This document shows, piece after piece, positions 18,882 to 28,545 of a stretch of 64,000 nt of DNA. The notes under the pieces were generated by a model. The model did no database searches and was not told the origin of the DNA. It saw only the letters and a program-made list of their open reading frames with translations. The position numbers and the translations under genes are program-made. How positions within the stretch are numbered: position 1 is the first letter of the stretch; each line of letters opens with the position of its first letter. Source of the DNA: Paludibacteraceae bacterium (GTDB lineage: Bacteria > Bacteroidota > Bacteroidia > Bacteroidales > Paludibacteraceae); NCBI GenBank assembly GCA_017630395.1, contig JAGBVI010000020.1:270-64269 (forward strand). Direction: 5' to 3'.

Positions 18882-19034
18882 AATAAAAAAAGCGTGAAAC
18901 TTAACTTGTTCCCGCTGCCCTAAGGTATTTGGCGTACCCATATCTGTAGAAACCAAGTTAAGCTCACGCCGAAACGTGAGCAACTTTAACAATTTCTCTT
19001 CAGATACTTGTAAATCGCCAAATTTAAAGGGCAG
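18882..19034 (-). promoter_or_regulatory. Candidate structured 5' leader (attenuator/riboswitch-like) ending in an intrinsic terminator, upstream of the lipoprotein pair
   Basis: On the minus-strand RNA, a long-range helix CUGCCCU..UUUGGCG (19034-19016) pairs with CGCCAAA..AGGGCAG (18934-18915). It encloses hairpin GCUCACG-UUUCGG-CGUGAGC (18981-18962). The 3' arm of that hairpin is also part of a 16-bp helix GCGUGAGCUUAACUUG (18969-18954) / CAAGUUAAGUUUCACGC (18908-18892), followed by UUUUUUUAUUU, ~35 nt before the ATG at 18849. Confidence 0.5.
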
Positions 19035-19280
19035 AAGAAAAAAAGCTAAAATGCTTTTGTAATTATTATGTCGTAATTAAATTTTCTTTGTCTATCTAAT
19101 GCTGAATTTTTTTTTAGTTATACAATTAAGTTCTGATGAGTTTGCAACAATCACCTTGGGGAGTAAAGATAATGTATTTTCTATTAATCACCTAATATTT
19201 GGACAAATTTATTAAAGATAATTTCTATGAGTGGGTAAAGATGTTTCTTTTATAAGTACGCTTCTATCCTATTTTGAGGT

Positions 19281-19315
19281 AAAAAAATAAAGGTTACACA
19301 ATGAATGTAACCTTT
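19281..19315 (-). terminator. Intrinsic terminator of aspC
   Basis: Minus strand AAAGGTTACA-ttcattg-TGTAACCTTT followed by ATTTTTTT, 24 nt after the stop codon. Confidence 0.85.
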
Positions 19316-19338
19316 ATCTATATGTTATAAATGCCATT

Positions 19339-20535
19339 TTATTTCAACAACTCTAATGCATTTTTAATTCTCTTGAATGCTTCTACTAAGTTTTCGTCTG
19401 AAGTTGCATATGACATTCTGATGCAGTTGGGTGCTCCAAATGCACTTCCTCCAACGCATGCAACATGACCTGTTTCCAAAAGATACATAGCTAAATCAGC
19501 TGAGTTTTCAATCGTTTTTCCATCTTGCGTTTTCTTGCCGAAGTAAGAATCGCATTCAGGGAATACATAGAAAGCGCCATCCGGAATATTAACCTTGAAA
19601 CCTGAAATCTCTTTTGCCATTTTGACAACCAAGTTACGTCTTCTTTCAAAAGCAGCTCTCATCTCTGCAACGCATGTTTGGTCGCCCGTGTAGGCTGCTT
19701 CTGCTGCTTTTTGAGTGATGGAACATGGTCCGGATGTATATTGACCTTGCAATTTGTTGCATGCTGATGCAATCCATTGTGGTGCTGCAATCCATCCTAA
19801 TCTCCATCCCGTCATTGCATATCCTTTAGACACTCCATTTACAATTACAACACGATCACGAATAGACTCAAATTGAGCGATACTCTCGTGTTTTCCAATA
19901 TAATTGATGTGTTCATAAATCTCGTCTGCCAAAACAATTACGTTAGGATATTTTTCCAAAACCTTTGCCAATCCTGCCAACTCCTCTTTGGTATATACAC
20001 TTCCTGTAGGGTTAGATGGAGAACAAAGAATCAACACCTTTGTCTTAGGGGTAATTGCATCTTCCAATTGTTGAGGGGTGATTTTGAAATCTTGATCTAA
20101 ACCGGCTTCTACGATAACACTTTTGCCATCTGCCAATTTCACCATTTCGATGTAGCTAACCCAATAAGGTGCCGGGATAATAACTTCGTCTCCTGCTCCT
20201 ACAACGCACATCAATACGTTGCAAACAGATTGTTTTGCTCCGTTCGAACACACAATCTGGTTTACATCATACTCCAATCCATTCTCTCTTTTTAATTTCT
20301 CTACAATAGCTTTGCGAAGGGCTGGATATCCGGGAACCGGAGAGTAGAATGAAAAATTATCTTCTATTGCTTTCTTTGCAGCTTCTTTTATGTGATTCGG
20401 TGTGTTGAAATCGGGTTCTCCGACACTCAAGTTGATGACATCGATTCCTTGTGCCTTTAACTCTTGACTCTTTTGTGACATTGCAAGAGTTTCTGACGGT
20501 GACAAAGCTGTTAAACGAGCTGATAATTGATTCAT
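19339..20535 (-). CDS. aspC: PLP-dependent aspartate/aromatic aminotransferase (class I)
   Basis: 398 aa. Class I aminotransferase pattern, including the PLP-lysine region NGVSKGYAMTGWRLG and SPSNPTG. Confidence 0.88.
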   Translation of the reverse strand: MNQLSARLTALSPSETLAMSQKSQELKAQGIDVINLSVGEPDFNTPNHIKEAAKKAIEDNFSFYSPVPGYPALRKAIVEKLKRENGLEYDVNQIVCSNGAKQSVCNVLMCVVGAGDEVIIPAPYWVSYIEMVKLADGKSVIVEAGLDQDFKITPQQLEDAITPKTKVLILCSPSNPTGSVYTKEELAGLAKVLEKYPNVIVLADEIYEHINYIGKHESIAQFESIRDRVVIVNGVSKGYAMTGWRLGWIAAPQWIASACNKLQGQYTSGPCSITQKAAEAAYTGDQTCVAEMRAAFERRRNLVVKMAKEISGFKVNIPDGAFYVFPECDSYFGKKTQDGKTIENSADLAMYLLETGHVACVGGSAFGAPNCIRMSYATSDENLVEAFKRIKNALELLK

Positions 20536-20572
20536 TTTTTTACTTAATTTTAATAGTTTCTAAAAATTTGTG

Positions 20573-20580
20573 CAAATTTA
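20573..20580 (-). promoter_or_regulatory. Candidate -7 box (TAAATTTG) for aspC
   Basis: Plus strand CAAATTTA, 38 nt upstream of the ATG at 20535. Confidence 0.4.
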
Positions 20581-20627
20581 GTAATTTTTGCTTACACTTT
20601 GTGTTTGATTTCTGAAATATTTTGAAA

Positions 20628-21650
20628 TTATTGCAACTTTTTTTGCCAATTCCAAGCAGATAGTAAAGATTCCTCTAATGGAATCTCTGCTTTCCATCCT
20701 AACTCTTGATTGGCAAATGTGGTGTCTGCCCAAACTTTTTCTATGTCTCCGGTTCTACGTTCCACAATTTCGTAAGGTACTTTCACTCCTGTTGCCGACT
20801 CAAATCCATTAAGAATTTCAAGAACTGATGAACCTTTCCCTGTTCCAAGATTGAAGACCTCAATATTCTTTTTATTTTTTTCTTCAATTAATCTGTCAAT
20901 TGCAACTACGTGAGCTTTGGCTAAGTCAACAACGTTGATGTAGTCGCGAATGCAACTTCCATCTGGTGTGTTGTAGTCGTCTCCAAATACTCTTAACTTT
21001 TCGCGAATCCCTGCTGCTGTTTGTGTGATATATGGAAGCAGATTGTTAGGAATTCCATTCGGAAGTTCCCCAATTTCTGCAGAGGAGTGTGCTCCAATCG
21101 GATTGAAATATCGTAGTATGATACTATGCATTTCAGGATTTGCTATTGCTGCATCATTAAGAATGGTTTCGCACATCTGTTTGGTACTTCCATAGGGTGA
21201 TGTTGCAGGTTTAATTGGGGATTGCTCCGTTACCGGAAGCTCGTCCGGTTGCCCATAAACAGTGCAAGATGATGAAAATACGATGTTTTTTATCCCAAAG
21301 TTAGGCATCAATTGTAATAAATTGAGCAACGAAACAATGTTGTTTCTGTAGTAACTAATCGGTTTGCTCACTGATTCTCCCACCGATTTGTAGGCTGCAA
21401 AGTGAGCAATCGCTTTCATGTCTTGATGCTTTTCAAAAAAACGTTCCAATGAATTGTAGTCCTTACAATCGATATTTTCGTATGTTACAGGAACTTTAGT
21501 TATCGCCTTAATACCTTCTAATACCGATATGTTGGAATTGGATAGATTGTCAATAATAATTGGTTCATATCCGGCGTTAAATAATTCAACAACGGTATGT
21601 GAACCTATGTATCCTGTTCCACCGGTAACTAATATTTTTCCTTTTCCCAT
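20628..21650 (-). CDS. galE: UDP-glucose 4-epimerase
   Basis: 340 aa. Rossmann GGTGYIGSH, catalytic SPYGSTK (YxxxK), and typical GalE length and end (WNWQKK). Confidence 0.93.
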   Translation of the reverse strand: MGKGKILVTGGTGYIGSHTVVELFNAGYEPIIIDNLSNSNISVLEGIKAITKVPVTYENIDCKDYNSLERFFEKHQDMKAIAHFAAYKSVGESVSKPISYYRNNIVSLLNLLQLMPNFGIKNIVFSSSCTVYGQPDELPVTEQSPIKPATSPYGSTKQMCETILNDAAIANPEMHSIILRYFNPIGAHSSAEIGELPNGIPNNLLPYITQTAAGIREKLRVFGDDYNTPDGSCIRDYINVVDLAKAHVVAIDRLIEEKNKKNIEVFNLGTGKGSSVLEILNGFESATGVKVPYEIVERRTGDIEKVWADTTFANQELGWKAEIPLEESLLSAWNWQKKLQ

Positions 21651-21662
21651 TTCTTCCCTTTA

Positions 21663-22568
21663 TTAAAATAGTTTTTGAGGATAAACCCCATTGTTTATTA
21701 AATCTTGAATCTTACTTACAACAGATTCTCGATCCTCTTTATATGTAACGCCAAACCATTTGCATGGTGTGTCTAATACTTTTATTGAGGCTGTCTGTGT
21801 CTGAATTAGTTTGTTTACCATCGTCGGTATTCCATATTCAGCCTTTATATTTTCTTTGTTTTCGTCCAAAAATAATTTGAAATCTGCTTCTGAGTGTGTG
21901 AAATAATCGGGTGTGAATCCCCACATATTCATGGATACCGGTAGATTTTCGTCGATCGTTTTGTATTCGTTGCTTTCCATGTCTTTGAATACTACTACGT
22001 CTCCTTTCCGTTGCACTTCATAGTGTTCTACCACCGTGGTCAGATGTTTTTCGTTGTCGGTTTGACAAACGCCTCTGGATACATGACCGCTCTCTGAAAG
22101 AGTGTTTCCTAAACGATAACCAATCATGCAATAATTATTTTCTGTTCCTTCCATGGCTTGCAGTGATTGAGACAAAATTTCAAAACTCTCTTTGCCATAA
22201 AAATCATCGGCATTAATGACTGCAAATGGGGTAGTCACTGCTTTTGCTCCCATCATTATTGCATGATTTGTACCCCAAGGTTTTACTCGTTCCGGATGCA
22301 GTGTGTATCCTTCCGGAAGAGAATCCAACTCTTGATATACTACTTCAACTTCAATTGTATTTGAGTATTTTGGGATTATCTTTTCTCTGAAATCTTGTTC
22401 GAAAGCATGACGAATTACAAAAACTACTTTCCCAAAACCTGCTCGTGCAGCATCATATATGGAATAATCCATAATGGTCTCTCCATTCGGACCTAATTCG
22501 TCCAATTGCTTTAATCCTCCGTATCTGCTACCCATTCCTGCAGCTAATACTAATAAAGTTGGTTTCAT
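21663..22568 (-). CDS. Sugar-phosphate nucleotidyltransferase (NTP_transferase family)
   Basis: 301 aa. N-terminal LAAGMGSRYGGLKQ signature. Ends 12 nt upstream of galE, so probably in the same operon. Substrate not determinable. Confidence 0.75.
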   Translation of the reverse strand: MKPTLLVLAAGMGSRYGGLKQLDELGPNGETIMDYSIYDAARAGFGKVVFVIRHAFEQDFREKIIPKYSNTIEVEVVYQELDSLPEGYTLHPERVKPWGTNHAIMMGAKAVTTPFAVINADDFYGKESFEILSQSLQAMEGTENNYCMIGYRLGNTLSESGHVSRGVCQTDNEKHLTTVVEHYEVQRKGDVVVFKDMESNEYKTIDENLPVSMNMWGFTPDYFTHSEADFKLFLDENKENIKAEYGIPTMVNKLIQTQTASIKVLDTPCKWFGVTYKEDRESVVSKIQDLINNGVYPQKLF

Positions 22569-22740
22569 ATCTTTTGATTTTTAACTTTTATGTTGACCTT
22601 TTTTGAGGACTGATTTCTTTTTTACGTCTCCCTACTTTTCTATTGGCCAAATTTTTGCAAAGGTACTAATATTTTTTGTATGTTATTGTTTAATTGAATG
22701 ATTTTTTCTTGAGCAAATGTATGCTGATAAAAATAAGAGT

Positions 22741-22788
22741 AATAATTATTCTGTCTTGAATTCTTATCACTCTTATTTTTTAGTTTTT
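22741..22788 (-). terminator. Hairpin terminator downstream of the LRR gene
   Basis: AAATAAGAGT / ACTCTTATTT 10-bp stem with a 28-nt loop, flanked by A/T runs on both sides. Confidence 0.5.
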
Positions 22789-22842
22789 TTTAATTTATTT
22801 ATGGAAACTACTATTGGGTAACAGATATCATTTGTTTTATGA

Positions 22843-25800
22843 TTATCTTGATACCACCTTATAAATTTCTCCGTTTGAATAAAGTAGGAAAATCCCTTTA
22901 TCTAAGTGTTTTGTTTGTCCTAAATTTTTTCCATCAAGGGTATAAATGGTATAATCATTTATGCCAATGGTTGTTATATTTCCATCTGTTATGGTAATGG
23001 TTGCTATGTTGTTTATATTGCTTATATCGTTTATGTCTGTGGTGGTACTATCGAAAATTGCCTCCAAATCAATATCCGATGATACTGTGATTTGGCGAGG
23101 ATTGTTCGTTGAACCATCGCTCCAACATACAAATTCATAGCCCTTGTCAGGTGTTGCAGTCAATGTTACTATTTCGTTCATTGGGTAGGACCCTTCTCCT
23201 TTTATTTCCCCATTTTTACATTGGGTTCTAATTTTATAGAGTCCAACATAATTAGTAAATTCTTTCCACGTATTGGCTTTCTTATAATCTTCTATTGCAT
23301 AATGAGGAACATATATTGGAATATCCCTGTCTATATTCGTTATTGAAGACAGGTAATTCATGGTTGGCGGAATTGGATTTAGCGAAACTATCTTTTTTAC
23401 TTTTTGGCAGTTGAAAAATGCCTCTTCACCAATGAAATTAATTTTTTCCGGAAGGATTAATTCTTGCAGATTAGTGCATCCATACATTGCTGCATATCCT
23501 ATCTCTGTAACGTTATCCGGAATTTTTAAACTTGTTAAATTCCAACATCCGCATATAGCGTATTTCCCTATGGTCGTCAGGCTGTTAGGAAGTGTTAACC
23601 TTATAAGTCTTTGTCCATCATAAAAAGTTTCTTTTAATTCTGTGCAACCTTCCGGAATGATGCAACTTGTTATATTTGAGCATTCGTAAAAAATACAACT
23701 CCCAAAATAGTGAACTTCTTTTGGTAATGTTACATCCTTTAGATTAGAGCTACCATAAAATAGGTCAGATCCGATTACCTTTACGCTTTCAGGAAATTTA
23801 ATTTCGGAAAGGTTTGAACAGCCGGAAAACGCATAATTCCCAATCTCAACTACACCTTCGGATAGTGAAATATTAGATAGTTTTGAACAATGCGCAAATG
23901 CTCTTTTTGAAATTGATAATGAGTCTGCCGTAATTATTACTTCTCTTAGATTCGGACATTCACAAAATGCAGAATCTCCGATAATAGTTACTTTTTGAGG
24001 TATTGTTACTTTCAGTATATTCTCATTTTTATAAAATAATTTTCTTTCAATAGTATAACTCATTCCATTAAAATCGTTCGGGAATGAGACATGAGAATCA
24101 TTTCCTAAGTATGCGATTGCTGATATATTATTTCCATCAACGTAAAAGCAAAAATCATCTTGGTACTTAATTTTATTCCCCTCTGTATTTAATGTTTTCG
24201 CATAATAGGCAACGTATCCATCTGTTTTTTCTCCTAGTTTTATGTCTAAAAGAGAATTGTTGACTATGTAAAAGAGGTGATCACAGCCCAAAAATGCAGA
24301 GTCTCCAATTTCTTCTATATTTTTAGGGAGTATCAACTTATGCAGTTTTTTGCAATTAGAAAAGGCTTTTTTGTCAATTTTTTTTAGGCTATCTGAAAAT
24401 GAAATAAAAGCGAGGTTTTCACATTCGTAAAATGCTGAATGACCGATTTCAGTAACTCCTTCAGAAAAATTTACCTCTCTAATAGTGTTATTGGCAAAAA
24501 ATGCGTTAGATTCAATCTTATATTTTCTTTCAAAAAAACTTTGAGGGAGATTAATTATTGAGTCATTGCCAATATAGCGTATTAAATTGATTTCTGTACT
24601 ATCTTCGTTAATTTTGAACAGGTAATCTCCAATTTCCTTAAATTGAGTTTTATCGGACGTAATTATATTCTTTGCATAATATGCAACCTTTCCATGTTGT
24701 TCTGTTCCAAAGTACAATTTTAATGGAGATTCATTGTTGATAAGAGATAGGTTATAACATTTATCGAATGCGTTATAATTGATGGTACTTAGTTGCGTTG
24801 GCAAGTATACATGGGTTAAATGTGAGCAATTGTAAAATGCGAATGAATCTATAGCTGATAAGGATGGAGGGAATTTTATATTTCTTATTTTTGTGTTTTC
24901 GAAACTGTTTTTTCCTATTTTTCCTAATTGTTTTGGCATTGTTATTTGGGATAAACGATAACAATCGCAGAATGTGTAAGGTGCAATTTCATTGAGGGAA
25001 TCCGGTAATACAATTTCCTCTAAGAATTTGCATGCCGCAAAAGCATATTCTCCTATTTGCTTTGTCTTAGGTGATAGTTTTATTCGTATAAGGTTTGAGT
25101 TGTTTCTAAATGCGGATGGTGCAATATTATAACTTTCCTCTTCATGATCCAACGGTAATTCAATATAGGGTTGGTTGCCATAGTAGGTGACTAACCATGT
25201 GTCGGTGTTATTAGAAAAAAATAAATAATCGTCTGTCACCTTGAATTTGCCACCATCTCTATCCTCGACGCCAATGGTATTGTAGGCTACATATCCATTA
25301 TCTTCCTCTTTTGCTTTAATTTTTAATGCAGACTCGTTTATAACCTGTTTAAGTCCCCTACATTGAAAAAATGCAAATTTTCCTATTTTTGTTACATTTT
25401 TAGGAATAGTAATTTTCTTTAACGCATAGCATCCTAAAAATGCAGAATCTCCAATTGTTGTAAGTTCTTGTGGTAAAGTAATATTTACTAATTTATAACA
25501 ACCTTCGAATGTTTTATTTTCTATTCTATTTAAGTTCTTTGGTAAGTGTATTTCTTCTAGGAAATTGCATCCGGAAAATGCTCCTTCCTTTATCTCTGTT
25601 ATGTTATCCGGTAAAATTATGCGTTCTATTACACTACAACCATAAAATGCATATTTCCCTATTGAGGTAACGCTTCCCGGAATAGAGATGTTGGTTATTT
25701 CCCAATTTCTATAAAATGCGGAATCTCCGATGGCTGTAACTGTATATTCAATGTTGTTGTGTTTTACTTTTGAGGGAATTATAACAAATCTTGTATAATC

Positions 25801-25968
25801 CATTTTCATCGGGTAATAACTTTCATCATATATGTTATTATAAGTTACGCTTGCAGTTTGATCAGAAGTGTTTAAGTTATAGTATATTCCGTCAATTAGG
25901 GTGGGCGCGGCAATGCATGAATAATAGCTCAATGTGGCAATTAATAGTCCTAAAATTTTCTTTTTCAT
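22843..25968 (-). CDS. BspA-like leucine-rich-repeat surface protein with Listeria-Bacteroides repeat and T9SS CTD
   Basis: 1041 aa with a signal peptide. Many LRR_5-type repeats (IGDSAF..C..L..I.LP). GYEFVCWSDGSTNNPRQITV repeat. The C-terminal ~70 aa are CTD-like (...GIFLLYSNGEIYKVVSR). Confidence 0.85.
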   Translation of the reverse strand: MKKKILGLLIATLSYYSCIAAPTLIDGIYYNLNTSDQTASVTYNNIYDESYYPMKMDYTRFVIIPSKVKHNNIEYTVTAIGDSAFYRNWEITNISIPGSVTSIGKYAFYGCSVIERIILPDNITEIKEGAFSGCNFLEEIHLPKNLNRIENKTFEGCYKLVNITLPQELTTIGDSAFLGCYALKKITIPKNVTKIGKFAFFQCRGLKQVINESALKIKAKEEDNGYVAYNTIGVEDRDGGKFKVTDDYLFFSNNTDTWLVTYYGNQPYIELPLDHEEESYNIAPSAFRNNSNLIRIKLSPKTKQIGEYAFAACKFLEEIVLPDSLNEIAPYTFCDCYRLSQITMPKQLGKIGKNSFENTKIRNIKFPPSLSAIDSFAFYNCSHLTHVYLPTQLSTINYNAFDKCYNLSLINNESPLKLYFGTEQHGKVAYYAKNIITSDKTQFKEIGDYLFKINEDSTEINLIRYIGNDSIINLPQSFFERKYKIESNAFFANNTIREVNFSEGVTEIGHSAFYECENLAFISFSDSLKKIDKKAFSNCKKLHKLILPKNIEEIGDSAFLGCDHLFYIVNNSLLDIKLGEKTDGYVAYYAKTLNTEGNKIKYQDDFCFYVDGNNISAIAYLGNDSHVSFPNDFNGMSYTIERKLFYKNENILKVTIPQKVTIIGDSAFCECPNLREVIITADSLSISKRAFAHCSKLSNISLSEGVVEIGNYAFSGCSNLSEIKFPESVKVIGSDLFYGSSNLKDVTLPKEVHYFGSCIFYECSNITSCIIPEGCTELKETFYDGQRLIRLTLPNSLTTIGKYAICGCWNLTSLKIPDNVTEIGYAAMYGCTNLQELILPEKINFIGEEAFFNCQKVKKIVSLNPIPPTMNYLSSITNIDRDIPIYVPHYAIEDYKKANTWKEFTNYVGLYKIRTQCKNGEIKGEGSYPMNEIVTLTATPDKGYEFVCWSDGSTNNPRQITVSSDIDLEAIFDSTTTDINDISNINNIATITITDGNITTIGINDYTIYTLDGKNLGQTKHLDKGIFLLYSNGEIYKVVSR

Positions 25969-26010
25969 GTTATAATGTTTTTGGTAATTTAATTTGATTA
26001 ATATTTTTAT

Positions 26011-26034
26011 GGTAAGTTCTATAAATTTGTCGAT
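26011..26034 (+). repeat. Dispersed repeat head (GGTAAGTTCTATAAATTTGTCGAT)
   Basis: Contains TTCTATAAA (26017-26025) followed by ATTTGTCGA, as in the other S-type copies. A palindrome ATATTCTT-TCG-AAGAATAT lies adjacent. Confidence 0.5.
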
Positions 26035-26069
26035 ATTCTTTCGAAGAATATTTTGCTTAGATTGTGCAT

Positions 26070-26106
26070 ATTCACTCAGTTACGTTCTTATCGCAACTGA
26101 GTGAAT
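26070..26106 (-). terminator. Hairpin downstream of the GH5 gene (no clear U-tract)
   Basis: ATTCACTCAGTT / AACTGAGTGAAT 12-bp stem with a 13-nt loop, 15 nt after the stop at 26121. Confidence 0.4.
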
Positions 26107-26120
26107 ATTTGTAAGTTACC

Positions 26121-27266
26121 TTAATCTTTTAGAAGAATGGCTGGCAGTTCATTGGCTGAACCATCTTCATTGACAACCGGAAAATCTCCTTTATAACACC
26201 AATGTGTGGCGGATATGTTGAATTTGTTGAATGTACCGACCATATCTTCGTACCATCTTAGACGTATTTCTTTGTCTATAAAATAAGGATATGCTCCAAA
26301 TTCTCCGCAGTTGAGCTGAACTCCTAAAGAGTCTGTGAACTTGGTTAATTTAGCTATCAATGGATAGAGTGAATCTATTTCGGCATTGAAATTCTGTCTT
26401 CTTAATTTTATGCGTTGCTCTTCTGTATATTTCTCGAAACATGAGGTGTCTTTTATGATTTGACCGGGGTAATCAACCTTGTCTGTGTAAAAATTTGTTT
26501 CGTTATTCCATGGTGCCCTATAATGGGTTATCAGTGCAGGTGTGTAGAAGTGGAAACTCAGTATCACTTTTTTCTCGTTTTCTGGAATGCTCAAACTATC
26601 AATCGTACCCGGTGAGTTCCACCAATTTGATCCAATAACCAAGTAGCGATCCGGCTCTTCTTTTCTGATGCGATCAATAAATTCACCAATGAGTTCGTTC
26701 CATTGTTGGCAAGTGGGAGCTTTCGGCTCGTTAAGAAATTCGTAGGCAACGGAATCTGTTGAGTATTTTTTTAATTCTTTTTGCAAATCGCTCCAAATGG
26801 AAAATACTTTTTCTTGTGCAGACCTGTTCTCAAACAGAGAATTTGTTGCCTCATTTTCATTGTTGAAGTGATATGAGCGAACAATGTGAAGGTCTACAAT
26901 CACTCGTAAGTTGTTCTCAATGGACCATTGAATCGCATTGTTAAGGAGAGCGAATGCCTCTTCTTGTCGATTCATGTTTTCATCGTACATTTGTTCTTCG
27001 TCAATGGGTATTCTAACATGGTCAAAGCCCATGGCGGCTATGGAATCAAAATCTTTTTTGGTAATTAAATTTCTTCTCTCTTCTCCGCGCAATGGCGATT
27101 GCGAAAGCCAATGACTGACATTTACTCCGTTCTCTAAAAGGAATGTGTGTTCAGAGTTTGTAATCGGACTATCAGCTTTTTTCGATTCGTTTTGATTGCC
27201 ATTGCACGATGCGAAAACAGCTGCAATTCCGAGTGATAAAATCGTAAATTTTGATAAGAATTTCAT
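26121..27266 (-). CDS. GH5 glycoside hydrolase (cellulase family) lipoprotein
   Basis: The ORF track gives 26121..27347. I prefer Met28 (ATG at 27266), which gives MKFLSKFTILSLGIAAVFASCNG, a lipoprotein signal. GH5 motifs YEFLNEP (acid/base) and NCGEFG (nucleophile). Confidence 0.88.
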   Translation of the reverse strand: MKFLSKFTILSLGIAAVFASCNGNQNESKKADSPITNSEHTFLLENGVNVSHWLSQSPLRGEERRNLITKKDFDSIAAMGFDHVRIPIDEEQMYDENMNRQEEAFALLNNAIQWSIENNLRVIVDLHIVRSYHFNNENEATNSLFENRSAQEKVFSIWSDLQKELKKYSTDSVAYEFLNEPKAPTCQQWNELIGEFIDRIRKEEPDRYLVIGSNWWNSPGTIDSLSIPENEKKVILSFHFYTPALITHYRAPWNNETNFYTDKVDYPGQIIKDTSCFEKYTEEQRIKLRRQNFNAEIDSLYPLIAKLTKFTDSLGVQLNCGEFGAYPYFIDKEIRLRWYEDMVGTFNKFNISATHWCYKGDFPVVNEDGSANELPAILLKD

Positions 27267-27420
27267 ATACTTTATATTTTTAATATTGATAATTGAGCTT
27301 ATTTGTAATAGAATCCAATTTTGAGTGAATTTTGAGGATGTTTTCACTGATTGGGCAAAAGTGAATACAAATATAAAGATGCCCCAAAATCATCATGCCC
27401 TGATTTGTTGTAATTGCTTA

Positions 27421-27454
27421 AAGTGATTGTGACTCTTATTAGCCACAATCACTT
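27421..27454 (-). terminator. Hairpin immediately downstream of the ypfJ-like gene
   Basis: AAGTGATTGTGACT / AGCCACAATCACTT 14-bp stem with one mismatch and a 6-nt loop. The T-run is on the plus side only. Confidence 0.45.
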
Positions 27455-27462
27455 CTGTTTTT

Positions 27463-28326
27463 TTACAATTCTGCGTAGCTTTGACTGAATGTGTCTCCAT
27501 CGTCAAAATTACCGCTTTGGATTCCTTTTCTCAACCAACGAGCTCGTTGATCGGAAGTTCCGTGGTTAAATGTTTCAGGAACTGCGTAACCCTGAGCTCT
27601 TTTTTGAAGATAGTCATCACCAATTTTTGCAGCAATAGCCAACCCCTCTTCAATATCTCCGGATTCTAAAGAGTTGAATTGTTTATTGTCATGGTGAGCC
27701 CAAAAGCCTGCAAAAAAGTCTGCTTGCAATTCAAGACGCACACTGATTTGATTGGCGTCAGCCTCGCTTAATCGGCTCATTTTTTGATTAGCTTGTCCTA
27801 ATATACCTAACTGATTTTGAACGTGATGCCCCACTTCGTGAGCAATTACGTAGGCATATGCAAAATCTCCATCAGCCCCAAATTGAGCACGCATTTGTTG
27901 AAAGAAGGATAGGTCGATATACACCGATTGGTCTCCGGAACAATAGAATGGACCTGTTGCAGCAGAAGCTCCACCGCACGCAGATTGAACTTGACTGTGG
28001 AATAATACCAGTTTAGGCGGTTGATATTGTAGCCCCAATTGTTTGAATTGAGCACTCCATACATCTTCTGTTCCGGCTAAAATTTGTTTTGAAAATGTTG
28101 CCAACTCCTCCTCTTCTGCAGATGGCTCATATCCGGTTGATGTAGAGTTTTGAATTACATCACTTAAACTCACATTTTTTAGAACAGATAGGGGATTTCC
28201 TCCCATTGCCCATGTGATTAATCCGATAACGATTAATCCTCCGATGCCGATACCTCCGGCTTTTTTAGTTGTAGAACGACGTCTGTCATCTACATTTGAA
28301 CTTTCTCTACGTCCGTCTAATCTCAT
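27463..28326 (-). CDS. ypfJ: YpfJ-family neutral zinc metallopeptidase
   Basis: 287 aa. The family-typical N-terminus MRLDGRRESSNVDDRR, one TM segment, and the HEVGHH zinc motif. Confidence 0.88.
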   Translation of the reverse strand: MRLDGRRESSNVDDRRRSTTKKAGGIGIGGLIVIGLITWAMGGNPLSVLKNVSLSDVIQNSTSTGYEPSAEEEELATFSKQILAGTEDVWSAQFKQLGLQYQPPKLVLFHSQVQSACGGASAATGPFYCSGDQSVYIDLSFFQQMRAQFGADGDFAYAYVIAHEVGHHVQNQLGILGQANQKMSRLSEADANQISVRLELQADFFAGFWAHHDNKQFNSLESGDIEEGLAIAAKIGDDYLQKRAQGYAVPETFNHGTSDQRARWLRKGIQSGNFDDGDTFSQSYAEL

Positions 28327-28469
28327 ATTTGCTTTTTTGTTTTAAATTTTAATTATATTTCTTTCTTTTTCTCACTAAAGGCACTTCAATTGTTTTTCCC
28401 TTTGATTATGTGAGCGAGTAAAGGTAATAATTTGCTTTTGTTAAAAAAAATATTTTTTTCAGTTTTTGA

Positions 28470-28545
28470 TAGGTTCCTATTGGAGACCTTTATATTTTCG
28501 AAGTCGTTTGAATTTTGTTTTGAACTTATTTGAGAGAATTGTGAA
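28470..28545 (+). repeat. Degenerate copy of the dispersed intergenic repeat (copy H)
   Basis: ATAGGTTCCTATTGG...TATATTTTCGAAGTCGTTTGAATTTTGTTTTGAACTTATTTGAGAG follows the GGTTC / ATTTCG / TTTGAATTT / TTATTTCGAG order of copies D and E, but is much more diverged. Confidence 0.35.
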
